A stretch of 64,000 nt of DNA from Octopus sinensis (Eukaryota). The stretch is taken from NCBI RefSeq assembly GCF_006345805.1, contig NC_042999.1, positions 128,650,001 to 128,714,000 on the forward strand. The letters are read 5' to 3'. The notes under the pieces are model-generated. The model ran no database searches. It was not told where the DNA came from and saw nothing but the letters and a program-made list of their open reading frames with translations. Numbering within the stretch: the first letter of the stretch is position 1; the number at the start of each line of letters is the position of its first letter. Positions 53,101-62,269 of the stretch are shown here, in pieces. The translations under genes were made by a program, and so were the position numbers.

Positions 53101-53604
53101 CATTTCGAACGATAACTGAAAAATCTTGTTACGTTTCTTAAGGAATATCATTCGAGGTAATAGCTGTTGTGATACATATGCTTTTCCCAAAAAGTATTAT
53201 TTACGTAAGTGAACTGACAAATATTTAAAAGAGAATCTTTTTAAAACAATCAAATACTATTCACAAAGAATTCCAAAGAAGCTGTTCGTAGAAATGTTGC
53301 TAATGTTATAACTTGCTTTACGAATTAATAATGTTACTTTATATATATATATGAACTATTATTTAAGTAAATTTTGCTAATAGTCGATGATGCACCTGGA
53401 CATAATTCATAGTGTTCCATTCATTACAGACAAATTTACTCAGTAACTAAGTTCAGATATGGCTTAGTTGTTTTCATAGTCTCGTTATATACAAAAAATT
53501 AATATCAATAACATATTTACGGTGCTAAGATGTAAGATCAAAGTAACTAATCAGTAAATTATCTAACTGCACAATAAAATACAAAATAATAAACTTACAG
53601 ACAT
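20490..53604 (-). CDS. MCM2: DNA replication licensing factor MCM2, complete 19-exon model (885 aa)
   Basis: Exons joined at GT-AG junctions with matching phases give a 2658 nt ORF. It contains [16 protein letters not shown], the histone-binding [11 protein letters not shown] segment, zinc finger CNKC..CPEC, Walker A GDPGTAKS, Walker B CLIDEFDK, Arg finger SRFD and the C-terminal [12 protein letters not shown]. Confidence 0.97.
21562..21717 (-). CDS. MCM2: MCM2 exon 18
   Basis: [23 protein letters not shown]...EKDLADK; AG/GT. Confidence 0.95.
22316..22498 (-). CDS. MCM2: MCM2 exon 17
   Basis: [28 protein letters not shown]...VMRSMRK; AG/GT. Confidence 0.95.
22936..23711. repeat. Overlapping inverted repeats in MCM2 intron 16
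   Basis: 22936-23037 pairs with 23483-23587; ~23339-23464 pairs with ~23539-23711. Confidence 0.75.
23127..23270 (-). mobile_element. SINE family B fragment ((TGA)n tail)
   Basis: Near-identical to 43979-44120; related copies at 26245-26430, 40170-40445, 44820-45005 and 45305-45690. Confidence 0.7.
24298..24450 (-). CDS. MCM2: MCM2 exon 16
   Basis: [26 protein letters not shown]...LRRESM; AG/GT. Confidence 0.95.
24759..25153 (-). mobile_element. Non-autonomous Helitron (same family as 13214-13719)
   Basis: A|TC 5' end, 3' hairpin plus CTAG|T, internal ~90 bp tandem duplication. Confidence 0.8.
25154..25936 (-). mobile_element. Probable second Helitron-type element, in tandem
   Basis: 5' end reads A|TCTCTTATTATAAAAGG; no clear 3' CTAG. 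Confidence 0.4.
26504..26590 (-). CDS. MCM2: MCM2 exon 15
   Basis: [29 protein letters not shown]; AG/GT. Confidence 0.92.
26756..27475 (+). mobile_element. Degenerate Helitron-type element with an internal ~95 bp duplication
   Basis: A|TCTATACATATAAAA start; TTTCAACC..AAACTTGACACAC as in 8251-8664; possible hairpin remnant CCCGGCAACC near 27460. Confidence 0.45.
27765..28605 (-). mobile_element. RTE-clade LINE, 5'-truncated, with the 5' part inverted
   Basis: The plus strand 28190-28605 encodes NLCFADDI...FKYLG...[14 protein letters not shown]. The minus strand 28186-27765 continues [26 protein letters not shown]...[15 protein letters not shown] and ends in a short repeat tail. Confidence 0.8.
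28691..28765 (-). CDS. MCM2: MCM2 exon 14
   Basis: [25 protein letters not shown]; AG/GT. Confidence 0.95.
29112..29414 (+). repeat. 5' LTR
   Basis: TGTTGTGG...GTTACA; homologous to 31922-32209. Confidence 0.85.
31922..32209 (+). repeat. 3' LTR
   Basis: TGTTGTGG...GTTACA, preceded by a polypurine tract. Confidence 0.85.
32871..33035 (-). CDS. MCM2: MCM2 exon 13
   Basis: [26 protein letters not shown]...[10 protein letters not shown]; AG/GT. Confidence 0.97.
34241..34491 (-). CDS. MCM2: MCM2 exon 12 (Walker A and B)
   Basis: [23 protein letters not shown]...CLIDEFDK; AG/GT. Confidence 0.97.
35115..35208 (-). CDS. MCM2: MCM2 exon 11
   Basis: [31 protein letters not shown]; AG/GT. Confidence 0.95.
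36331..36658. repeat. Inverted repeat (~130 bp arms, ~70 nt spacer), each arm carrying a hammerhead-like motif
   Basis: 36331-36460 pairs with 36532-36658; each arm reads CTGATGAG-TAG(C/T)TAG...CTAGCTA-G-GAAAC-A(C/T)AT-GT(A/T). Confidence 0.8.
36826..36886 (+). ncRNA. Degenerate hammerhead-like motif
   Basis: CTGATGA-G-TCACCTATA..TATAGGTG-C-AAAA-CCAATGG-TC: single G12>A change in the core. Confidence 0.45.
37493..37684 (-). CDS. MCM2: MCM2 exon 10
   Basis: [27 protein letters not shown]...ITER; AG/GT. Confidence 0.97.
37812..38190 (+). mobile_element. SINE family A (degenerate)
   Basis: Homologous to 48542-48927. Confidence 0.65.
39100..39234 (-). CDS. MCM2: MCM2 exon 9
   Basis: [28 protein letters not shown]...KPGDEL; AG/GT. 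Confidence 0.97.
39710..39917 (-). CDS. MCM2: MCM2 exon 8 (zinc finger)
   Basis: [15 protein letters not shown]...CNKC...[16 protein letters not shown]; AG/GT. Confidence 0.97.
40856..40965 (-). CDS. MCM2: MCM2 exon 7
   Basis: [36 protein letters not shown]; AG/GT. Confidence 0.95.
41503..41612 (-). CDS. MCM2: MCM2 exon 6
   Basis: [36 protein letters not shown]; AG/GT. Confidence 0.95.
43257..43428 (-). CDS. MCM2: MCM2 exon 5
   Basis: [19 protein letters not shown]...RFKNFLRTF...KIRQMVE; AG/GT. Confidence 0.95.
43807..44450. mobile_element. Possible hAT-like MITE interrupted by a family B SINE (43979-44225, minus)
   Basis: Ends CAGAGGCTGGATTAA and TTAATCCAGCACTG form an imperfect TIR; no TSD found. 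Confidence 0.4.
45305..45690 (+). mobile_element. SINE family B, with a ~38 bp internal tandem duplication
   Basis: Homologous to other family B copies; (TGA)n tail. Confidence 0.7.
46096..46184 (-). CDS. MCM2: MCM2 exon 4
   Basis: [28 protein letters not shown]; AG/GT. Confidence 0.93.
46838..47007 (-). CDS. MCM2: MCM2 exon 3
   Basis: [18 protein letters not shown]...RMRRGFIY; AG/GT. Confidence 0.95.
47052..47270. mobile_element. piggyBac-type MITE
   Basis: TTAA|CACTTCAGCAT...ATGCTAAAGGG|TTAA; related copies at ~46560-46789, 47331-47532 and a 3' part at 45720-45793. Confidence 0.6.
47934..48093. mobile_element. piggyBac-type MITE (160 bp)
   Basis: Perfect 14 bp TIRs CCCTTTTGTTACCA/TGGTAACAAAAGGG with TTAA on both sides. 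Confidence 0.85.
48542..48927 (+). mobile_element. tRNA-derived SINE family A, near full length
   Basis: A-box-like TGTGTGGTAAG, B-box-like GGTTCAGTCCC, central (TA/TG)n and a conserved 3' half. Other copies at 24632-26165 (split), 49984-50290, 57994-58353 (minus) and 59465-59857. Confidence 0.8.
49163..49353 (-). CDS. MCM2: MCM2 exon 2
   Basis: [12 protein letters not shown]...[18 protein letters not shown]...[11 protein letters not shown]; AG/GT. Confidence 0.95.
51595..52075. repeat. Degenerate tandem ~130-150 bp subrepeats next to the Merlin fragment
   Basis: Recurring AAACGAATATGAAAA..GCGC..GGGGAGAG..GGAAA(A/G)TTCAC..CCGATTTT..CCCTCATAACT. Confidence 0.7.
52080..52440 (-). mobile_element. 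Merlin / IS1595 (ISXO2-like) transposase fragment
   Basis: [29 protein letters not shown], a 1 nt frameshift near 52212, then [36 protein letters not shown]. The C-terminal catalytic part is absent. Confidence 0.8.
53599..53604 (-). CDS. MCM2: MCM2 exon 1, coding part (ATG TCT)
   Basis: ATG TCT|GTAAGT is a strong phase-0 donor matching the phase-0 exon 2 acceptor, and lies next to E2F-type motifs. Confidence 0.75.
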
Positions 53605-53630
53605 TCTGGTTATCAACGAAAACAGTACAG

Positions 53631-53984
53631 TTGGCGTAAAAACTGAACAATAAACGGCGGGAAATCTATGAGGTCAATATTAGATAGTACTAGAAAGGGA
53701 ACTAAACAAAATAGTCCATAAAATATAATACTGGTGAAACCATTATACCCTTTTACTCGCAATAATTTTTCTTTGTTGTTGAATTTATAATAATACAATT
53801 GAATTAAATCATGAAAATAATGGCAAGTTTTGATTATCATTAACTTTTTGATTATAAACTGATTCTCAGGCAGTAATACATTATAAATTTATGGCGCGAA
53901 AATGTCATGACAAAAATAAAGCAGAACTCTTTGTATGAAGAGTTTACCACGCGGTAACGTACGATCTACTCTCCCTAGTATTGG
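53631..53984. promoter_or_regulatory. Candidate MCM2 (and probably COQ2) promoter with E2F-type sites
   Basis: GGCGGGAAA 53656-53664, GGCGCGAAA 53893-53901, variant TTGGCGTAAA 53631-53640, ATTGG 53980-53984. Confidence 0.65.
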
Positions 53985-56024
53985 TTCCGTGTACCGGTTT
54001 GTTCAGTTCGATGAATTATTGTCGTTACGTTTCGCTGGTTTGAGGACACTTGTATTGACTGAGGGTATTGTAACTAAAAGTATATTTTTATTCTGAAAAC
54101 GGCATAATTTTTTTTTAATGTTTAATAGTTATGTATTTACTTCTTTAATAAAGATATTTATATTTATTGCCCTTGATCGTCTGTGCCCTTCTAACAGGTG
54201 CAGGGATAAATACGATTGTTGCTTTCGAAATCGTGAATAAGGCGAGGGAACAGTGGATGGAATACAGGAATATCTTTACTGCTTCATCTTTAATAATAGA
54301 AAGAAGACAGTGGAATCGTATTTCCATGTATCTAAACATGGAGTTTCGATGTAGTCTCTACGCGATCTTTAACATTAGCAGCTAAATCTTCTTCAATTTA
54401 AAGCGTTTTTACAAAAGAGCAGACACATTAGATAGTATAATCGCAGATACACTACAACTGAAAAATGGGATATTCATGATTGGACAGGTTCGATCATTTG
54501 CTGTTTCGAACCTAACCTGGGACTAAGGCATAAGTCTGATTAGTTTTTTTGTTTATATATATATATAATTCCATTCACATCTATGATGCATTATAGGAAT
54601 ATATCCCTATGCAGTAATGCAGTGCTGTTTTTGTTATCGACTTCTGGCAATATGAAAAGCAGGGTCAACTTCGGTGGGGTTTGAACTCAGAACGTTAAAG
54701 GTTAGATATTGTGGTCGGCGCTTTAATGATTCTCCGAATCTCGGATAATACGATATATTATAAAGTGTAGTTGATGTACAGTTTAGCTCACGAGATGCAT
54801 TTTTACGATGAAATCATTTATTAATAAAGATATTAAGTTGCAAGTTATATTCCTTTATTTACGTTTATATAGTTAATTGCCTGTTGTTATTATGTAGCCC
54901 CAGATCAGCTCTGATTGAGCAAATCTGGGACGTAAGTGATTGTTATTGAAGTTCTTCAACAAATACCGATCACAAGGATTTTGTATCGATGTTCTGAAAG
55001 ACAATTCCACTGTAGATTTCTATTTCTACACTTCGATTTTCTATTGTCCTTGAAAACATTAACGAAAACAATGTATTATTGACCTTGACATTCGCAAAGC
55101 ATTTGAACTTAGTTTTATATAATTGTCATCAAGCGATGTCTTATAGGAATGTTTTCCTTTTGTGTCCACCACTCAGCTTGACTCTCTGAGTGATATATCT
55201 TTGAGTGAGAGGTTGTACTCAGTTTTAATCTTGGATTTGCAGCTGTTATAATTACATACTGCCTTTATTCAGTGTTTGGTTGTTATTACTGGCTACCTTT
55301 ATTCAACATTTGGTTGTTCGCTGCTGTTTGGTACACTTTTGAGGGCCACTTTTGTAAAGATGTGATTTAAGTTTTGTGGGGCCTGTCTATGTCAGTGTTT
55401 TACATACTCCTTAAATACGAGTTCTAGTGTAATACAGTATTTTTTCCCAGAAATTTTTCATTATACTCTGCAACAGCCTCCAGTCTTTTACTAACGTATT
55501 CATATGCTAGAAATAACAGCCAAATCTCACAAAACTGCGATAACATAATGAAAGAAATATGTAATCAATCCACTCACCTTTCTGCAAAGATTTCTTTGAG
55601 AGTAATTTCCCGCAATAATATAACAAAGTAATTCCCGTAAAATTAAAGTTGTTTTTTTTTATTAACTTTTTTTCGAATTTTTTTTCAATCTACATGGGAA
55701 AATACGGAGATTAAGAATATGAAAAAAAATAAACACAAATTCAAATTTTAATTTCAAATTTTTTAATGAAAAACTCCGACCCAAAATTCCACCCTATTCC
55801 CTTCCCTCTCCGTCATCTAAAAGTGAAAATGAACAGTTGTTTTGTCTGTTTCTGTATGCGTTATAGTGAAACAGTTAAAGGATCACGGCAGCGCCCGGTC
55901 ACTAAAAGGTAAAAAAAAAAAAAAGTCTGATAGGTGTTCATTATGTTATCGCAGTTTTGTGAGATTTGGCTGATATTTCTAGCATGTGGGTAGCCTGCTT
56001 GAAGGCCAAGGCCGTAGAATTGGG

Positions 56025-57971
56025 GGTTAATATAGGGCGTTACGATTATCAGAAAATCAAAAAAAAAATGTGTGTAATAGGTGTAAAACAACTTCCTATG
56101 AACGAATATGAAAAAAAAAATTCGCGCACGCGAAAGGGGAGTGGGGGAGAGGCCTCGGAAAATTCACATCAGGAAGTTCCGAAAGCGTCTGAGGGGCTGA
56201 CCCGGGCACCAAAACAAAAAAAAAATAGTGTAATATGTGTAAAACAACTTGCTCTAAACGAATATGACAAAAAAAATGCGCTCTCGCGAAAGAGGGGTGG
56301 GGGAGAGGCCTCGGAAAATTTATATCGGGAATTTCCGAAAGCGTCTGAACCGGGCACAAAAACAAAAACAAAAACAGCGTAATAGGTGTAAAACAACTTG
56401 CTCTAAACGACTATCATGAAAAAAATGCGCGCTCGCGAAAGGGGGGTGGGGGAGAGGCTTCGGAAATTTCACATCTTCAGTCCACGGCCTTTAAACTAAG
56501 AAAAAATAGTGTAATTGGTGTAAAACTACTTGTTCTAAACGAGTATCAAGAACACACACTCACACATGAATCATAAAATCATATTTCGCAAAAAAAAATA
56601 AATAAAGAGAAGAAATTCTGGAAAAAGTGAAGAAATGTTGGATCTCCGCCATGTGAATCAAAATACGTGTCAGAAACATCTTGAAATACTACAGAAATTA
56701 TGTTACGAAAATGATAATGTATACATACCTCTTTGAGTGGTCCATCAATAATGATGATAAAGAAATGAGTTGGATTTGAACTCAGAATATTGACTAACAC
56801 AACTACATACTACAAGACTCAAAATATTCAGCCAAGTCACCACCCTTTAACTAGCAATAATAATAACATCAATAACATAACAGCCAAAAGATTTATTTGT
56901 TCTGAAAATAACAATCATAGTAAATAAATATGTTCTTTAATATTCACATTCATGTGCACAGTTAAACACACTTACATACAAACAGTCACGCATGCATAAT
57001 ACAGAACGGAACACATAAATGAAGGATGCATTACTTAGTATATATTACATCTAGAGAATTTTTATTAATAAGTCAAATATGCAAATTATAAAGATAATTA
57101 ATTGCTTTACTAAACGGTGTTGTAAAGGTGAAAAAATAAATTTGGGAAAAAAATACACGCCAAAACTAATTAATAAAGGATAATTAGGGAAGGATTGACA
57201 CAAAATAATAATTTTTTCTGTCTCTTTTTTTCTGATAAATGCATCTTAATAAGTGAGAAGAATTGCATATATCTGAACTATTTCAAAGAAAAGCATAAAT
57301 TTAATGTTTAAAATAGCTTTAACCAAGGAATGAGATCCAACATTTCTTCACTTTTTCCAGAATTTCTTCTCTTTATTTATTTTTTTTTTTTTTGCGAAAT
57401 ATGTACAAAAATACGGAGTTTATGATTCATGTGTGAGTGTGTGTTCTTGATACTCGTTTAGAACAAGTAGTTTTACACCAATTACACTATTTTTTCTTAG
57501 TTTAAAGGCCGTGGACTGAAGATGTGAAATTTCCGAAGCCTCTCCCCCACCCCCCTTTCGCGAGCGCGCATTTTTTTCATGATAGTCGTTTAGAGCAAGT
57601 TGTTTTACACCTATTACGCTGATTTTGTTTTTGTTTTTGTGCCCGGTTCAGACGCTTTCGGAAATTCCCGATATAAATTTTCCGAGGCCTCTCCCCCACC
57701 CCTCTTTCGCGAGAGCGCATTTTTTTGTCATATTCGTTTAGAGCAAGTTGTTTTACACATATTACACTATTTTTTTTTTTGTTTTGGTGCCCGGGTCAGC
57801 TCCTCAGACGCTTTCGGAACTTCCCGATGTGAATTTTCCGAGGCCTCTCCCCCACTCCCCTTTCGCGTGCGCGAATTTTTTTTTTCATATTCGTTCATAG
57901 GAAGTTGTTTTACACCTATTACACACATTTTTTTTTTGATTTTCTGATAATCGTAACGCCCTATATTAACC
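56025..57971. mobile_element. Non-autonomous Merlin-like foldback element
   Basis: Arms 56025-56646 and 57332-57971 are nearly identical inverted copies starting GGTTAATATAGGGCG; GAATTGGG is directly repeated at 56017-56024 and 57972-57979. Confidence 0.8.
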
Positions 57972-57993
57972 GAATTGGGAGGGTGTTGGGGGT

Positions 57994-58353
57994 ATTCTTT
58001 TACTTGTTTCAGTCATTTGACTGTGGCCATGCTGGAGCACCACCTTTTAGTCGAGCAAATTGACCCCAGGACTTACTCTTTGTAAGCCTAGTACTTATTC
58101 TATCGGTCTCTTTTTGCCGAACTGCTATGTTACAGGGACGTATGTCAAGCGATGTTCGGGGAACAGACACACACACACATATATATACATACATATATAC
58201 GACGGGCTTCTTTCAGTTTCCGTCTACCATATCCACTCACAAAGCTTTGATCTGCCCGAGGCTATAGTAGAAGACACTTGCCCAAGGTGCCATGCAGTGG
58301 GACTGAACCCGAACCATGTGGTTGGTAAACAAGCTACTTACCACACAGCCACT
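57994..58353 (-). mobile_element. SINE family A, near full length
   Basis: Reverse complement of 48542-48927. Confidence 0.8.
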
Positions 58354-59039
58354 CTATTTGAATTTTAAATGTTTACAGCAGAGGATAACTCAGTGGTTAA
58401 AGTGTCAGGCTCACAATCATGAGCTAGTGAGTTCAGTTGCCATAGTGGGCTGTTTGTTGTGTTCTTGAGCAAGACACTTTATTTCACATTGCTCCAGTTC
58501 ACTCACTTGTAGAAATTAGTTGCAACGTCACTTGTGCCAAGCTGTATTGACATTTGCTTCTCCCTTGGATACTATTGGTGTCATGGAGAGGCTGGTATGC
58601 ATGGGCAACTTCTGGCCTTCCATAAACAACCTTGCCTAGACTTGTGCCTTGGGAGGGGAACTTTCTAAGTGCAATCCCATAGTCATTTATGACCAAAAGG
58701 AGTTTTTATTTTTTACCCATTTTACAGCAGTAGAGAAGGATTCTCCATGTTTTAGATAATTCCTACTGTGACTTTTCTGGGGTTTTTTTTTTTCTATCTA
58801 AGACTACATTAACCATAGTGTCCTTCCTTTGTCAGTGGCAGCTCTACTTCTCTTTATTATATTGATGACTTTAGTAAATGTACCTTTTTTATGAATGAAA
58901 CTTGCATATTGAATGAAGACTATTATGCAATAATTAAGAAAATATTTCAGATCTTAATTTCATTCTATGAATTAACAATAGTCAAAAGTTATTATAAATC
59001 CTTCTTATAACTTCTATCTTTGTATGTTTTAGATTAAAG

Positions 59040-59364
59040 ATGCAGTCAAATAAATTACTGGCTAAATTCCTTTGTCCACATATAACCACTTGCTTGTCTA
59101 CTCGAGTTCCAGCATCTTTTGTCCTTCCAACGATTGGAAACTATTTTCAAAGTTCTCAAAAGGATTACTTACAAGAATCAAGAGGTTTCAAATATAGCTC
59201 TGAATCTCAAAAACACGTTATTTTGAAGAAGCAATGTGGATCCTTATCAAGAATACCAAATGAAAACAATCGTCATTTCTCATTTTCTACACAGAAGATA
59301 GTCACTGCTGCACCTCAACATATCCAACCATATTTAAGACTCATACGCTTAGATAAACCAATTG
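59040..59364 (+). CDS. COQ2: COQ2 first coding exon
   Basis: ATG 7 nt after a polypyrimidine-AG acceptor (59031-32); basic, Ser-rich presequence-like N-terminus; ends RLDKPIG|GT. Confidence 0.88.
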
Positions 59365-62269
59365 GTAAAAAACGAAATTTTATATTCCTCTTGTCATATA
59401 GATTAAACTCATCTTGTTTTTATTCAAATTTGCATTCTCAAATTCTTTACAAATTTTCCATGTTATACCTCTTTAATATTTATCAGCTAGTGGTAAAAAG
59501 CTTGCTCCCCAATCACATGGTTCCATTTACATTCCCACTGCATGGCACCTTAGCCAAGTGTCTTCTACTCTGGTTTTGGGCCAACCAAAACCTTGTGAGT
59601 GAATTTGGTAAACAGAAACTGAAAGAAGCCCATCATGTATATATGTGTGTTTGTGTCTTTATGTCTGTGTTTGTCCCTCACCACTTGACAATCGTTGTTG
59701 GTGTGTTTATATCCCTGTAACTTAGCAGTTTGGCAAAAAGAGACTGCTAGAATAAGTACCTAGCTTTTAAAAAAATAAGTTATGGGGTTGATTTGTTTGA
59801 TTAAAACCCTTCAAGACAGTGCCCCAGCATGACCATAGTCAAATGACTGAAACAAGTCCCAAAAATACTAACAAACAAACTTTTCCATAAAAATTATTTC
59901 AATGTTCTTATATTTTCAGGAACATGGCTATTATACTGGCCTTGCACTTGGAGTATAGCTATGGCTGCTACACCTGGTCATCTTCCAGACTTGAAAATGT
60001 TGACGTTATTTGGAGTTGGGGCATTAATAATGCGTGGAAGTGGTTGCATTATCAATGACATGTGGGATAGAGACTTTGATAAGAAAGTTAGTTTATTTTT
60101 GTCATTTGATTTTTGTTTTACCTAAAATAATGTGATGATGTTTTTGTTGACTATGTTGATATGTTTTGGAATCGTTAGAGCTGTGGCAGAGCAGAATCAG
60201 TAGAGTGCCAAACAAAATACTTGTGTACTTTTAGATTTTGTATTCAGTTCCCACTAGATTTGACTTTATCCTCGAAAATAAAAAAAACAAATAACAGATA
60301 TGTATTTGAGACAGTTTGATCTGCTTTTTCCTCTGCATTTGTGAAGATTTTATATCTTATAAAGTTGAAACTCAACAATCTCTAGAAGTCAAGAAAGAGG
60401 AACATTAGAAAGCCTTAACTAAAGAAGTATCTTAATCAGGAATGGTTGAACATATATGATGCATGAGAAGAAAAACATATTCCACTGTTGTATGAAATTT
60501 TCATTATCACTTGACAGCTGCTGTGGAAAGTTATAAAAATCAAAGAAGCAATACATTATTGAAGAATAGAATCTGAGGAAACTAAGGAAGGTCTGTGTCT
60601 GCAAATAGTTGCTGATAACTCAATTAGTAAGCTCAGCTCTATATGGCTGTCTTTAATGAAATTAAATGACTTTGAAATGTAGAATTAATTGTACATGTGT
60701 CTGTAGAGTAGTGAACAAGAACATTATTACTCTTAGTTTAGAAATAAAGCTTCTTTGAATCTGGTTTGGTATTTGTACTCATCCAGGAATTAGATTGTTG
60801 GTGGCAAATGAGCATCAGATTGATTGAGACATAGTGTAGTTATAAATATTGGTTTCAAATTTTGGTACAAGGCCAGCAAGTTTGAGCAAGGGGGTAAATC
60901 AATTACATCAACCCTAGTGCATAACTGGTACTTATTTTATCAACCTCAAAAGGATGAAAGGTAAAGTCAACCTCAACAGAAAGTGTAGATGTAAAATAAA
61001 TATTGATAACATTTTTTTTAAATTATAATCTTGTTGCTTATTCCAGTTTTGAAATACAATCATACAAAGATTAAAATGGTTTGTGTGCATAATGTAGATA
61101 AATTCTTGTTTCAGGTAACACGAACTGTGACACGACCTATAGCTGCTGGAGAAATAAGTCGTTTTGAAGCCCTTGTATTTCTTGGTTCTCAGTTAACACT
61201 AGGTCTGGCCATACTTCTTCAACTAAACTGGTACAGGTTAGTCTTCAGATTTTTTTCCTCTTCACAAGAGAAACAAATGTTCCAAATAAACTTTGGTTTC
61301 ATTTAGTCAAAACTTTTCTTTCAGTAAGTGTCACAAGAACAAGGAGCCTTTCATTTCCATATACAATTTACCTAAGCAGATTTTCATGGTGGCTTAGTTG
61401 TAAGGTTCTGTCTACAAGATAACCTCACATACCCCAAAATTATGTTTTGCTGTTTAATCCTAGATCAATCCTGATTAAGGAGACCTTTTATCAAAAGAAT
61501 CTCAGCTGTAACCATCTTATTCTTGAGGAGAACATAGCACTACATTATCCTTATTTAAGATAGTATAGTTAGTCTCTGAGCTCCTACAAAATGATGAGGG
61601 ATGCTCTCCTCCATGCTCACATATACCAAACAGATTTTGTTGTGGTAGATTTTCTGCAGCTTCATACACTTCCTGTTGCTAACCCTCACCTGTTTCCAAA
61701 GACTGCAAATGAAGGATACTGCTTGTACGATGGTGACAATTGTTTACAACTATCACACGGTGTCATGGCAAGAAGACAGTAATACACACATACACATATA
61801 ATACATATATATACAACATGTTACTTTCCATTTCCATCTACCAAATTCACTCACAAGGCTTGAGTCAGCATGGGGCTATAGTAGAAGACACTTGCCCTAA
61901 GTTGGGCTGAACCCTAAACCATATGGTTGAGAAGTACACTTCTTACCACATCTTTGGTAATAAAAATATAAATATGGAACTTAAATCTCCATTTTTAGTG
62001 AACTTTGTTTGAATTCAATCATTATCTGAAATTTCATTAAACATCCATATTTAGCAGATAATAAGAATTCCATAGTGTGCATTTTAATTCTATTTAAATA
62101 ATGTTTGTGTCAGATTAATAATACTAAAGTGTTTGTGTCACATGTCGTATTGAGTTTGCTGTTAATTTCATTTTTCTATTCAGTGTTATTCTGGGAACAA
62201 CCTCAATGCTGTTCGTAACAACATATCCACTAGCTAAACGTTTTACCTATTGGCCACAGATTGTACTGG
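59040..62269 (+). CDS. COQ2: 4-hydroxybenzoate polyprenyltransferase, mitochondrial (UbiA family); coding exons 1-4, gene continues past the window
   Basis: Joined exons give [25 protein letters not shown]...[27 protein letters not shown]...[15 protein letters not shown], with GT-AG junctions in phase. Confidence 0.93.
59920..60086 (+). CDS. COQ2: COQ2 coding exon 2
   Basis: [16 protein letters not shown]...[12 protein letters not shown]; AG/GT. Confidence 0.95.
61115..61236 (+). CDS. COQ2: COQ2 coding exon 3
   Basis: [23 protein letters not shown]...LQLNWY; AG/GT. Confidence 0.95.
62184..62269 (+). CDS. COQ2: COQ2 coding exon 4
   Basis: [28 protein letters not shown]; AG/GT. Confidence 0.95.

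Noticed and set aside
54167-54385. 72 aa ORF next to the promoter
   Set aside because: Starts at a non-ATG codon, has no similarity I recognise, and is of a length expected by chance
55966-57947. ORFs in the foldback arms, and their subrepeats as a CRISPR array
   Set aside because: The ORFs are repeat translations mirrored on both strands. The units are ~125-155 bp degenerate tandem repeats without unique spacers, in eukaryotic DNA with no cas genes.
59365-59720. Tail of ORF 59040-59720 (226 aa)
   Set aside because: Read-through into an intron and SINE; COQ2 similarity stops at the GT donor at 59365
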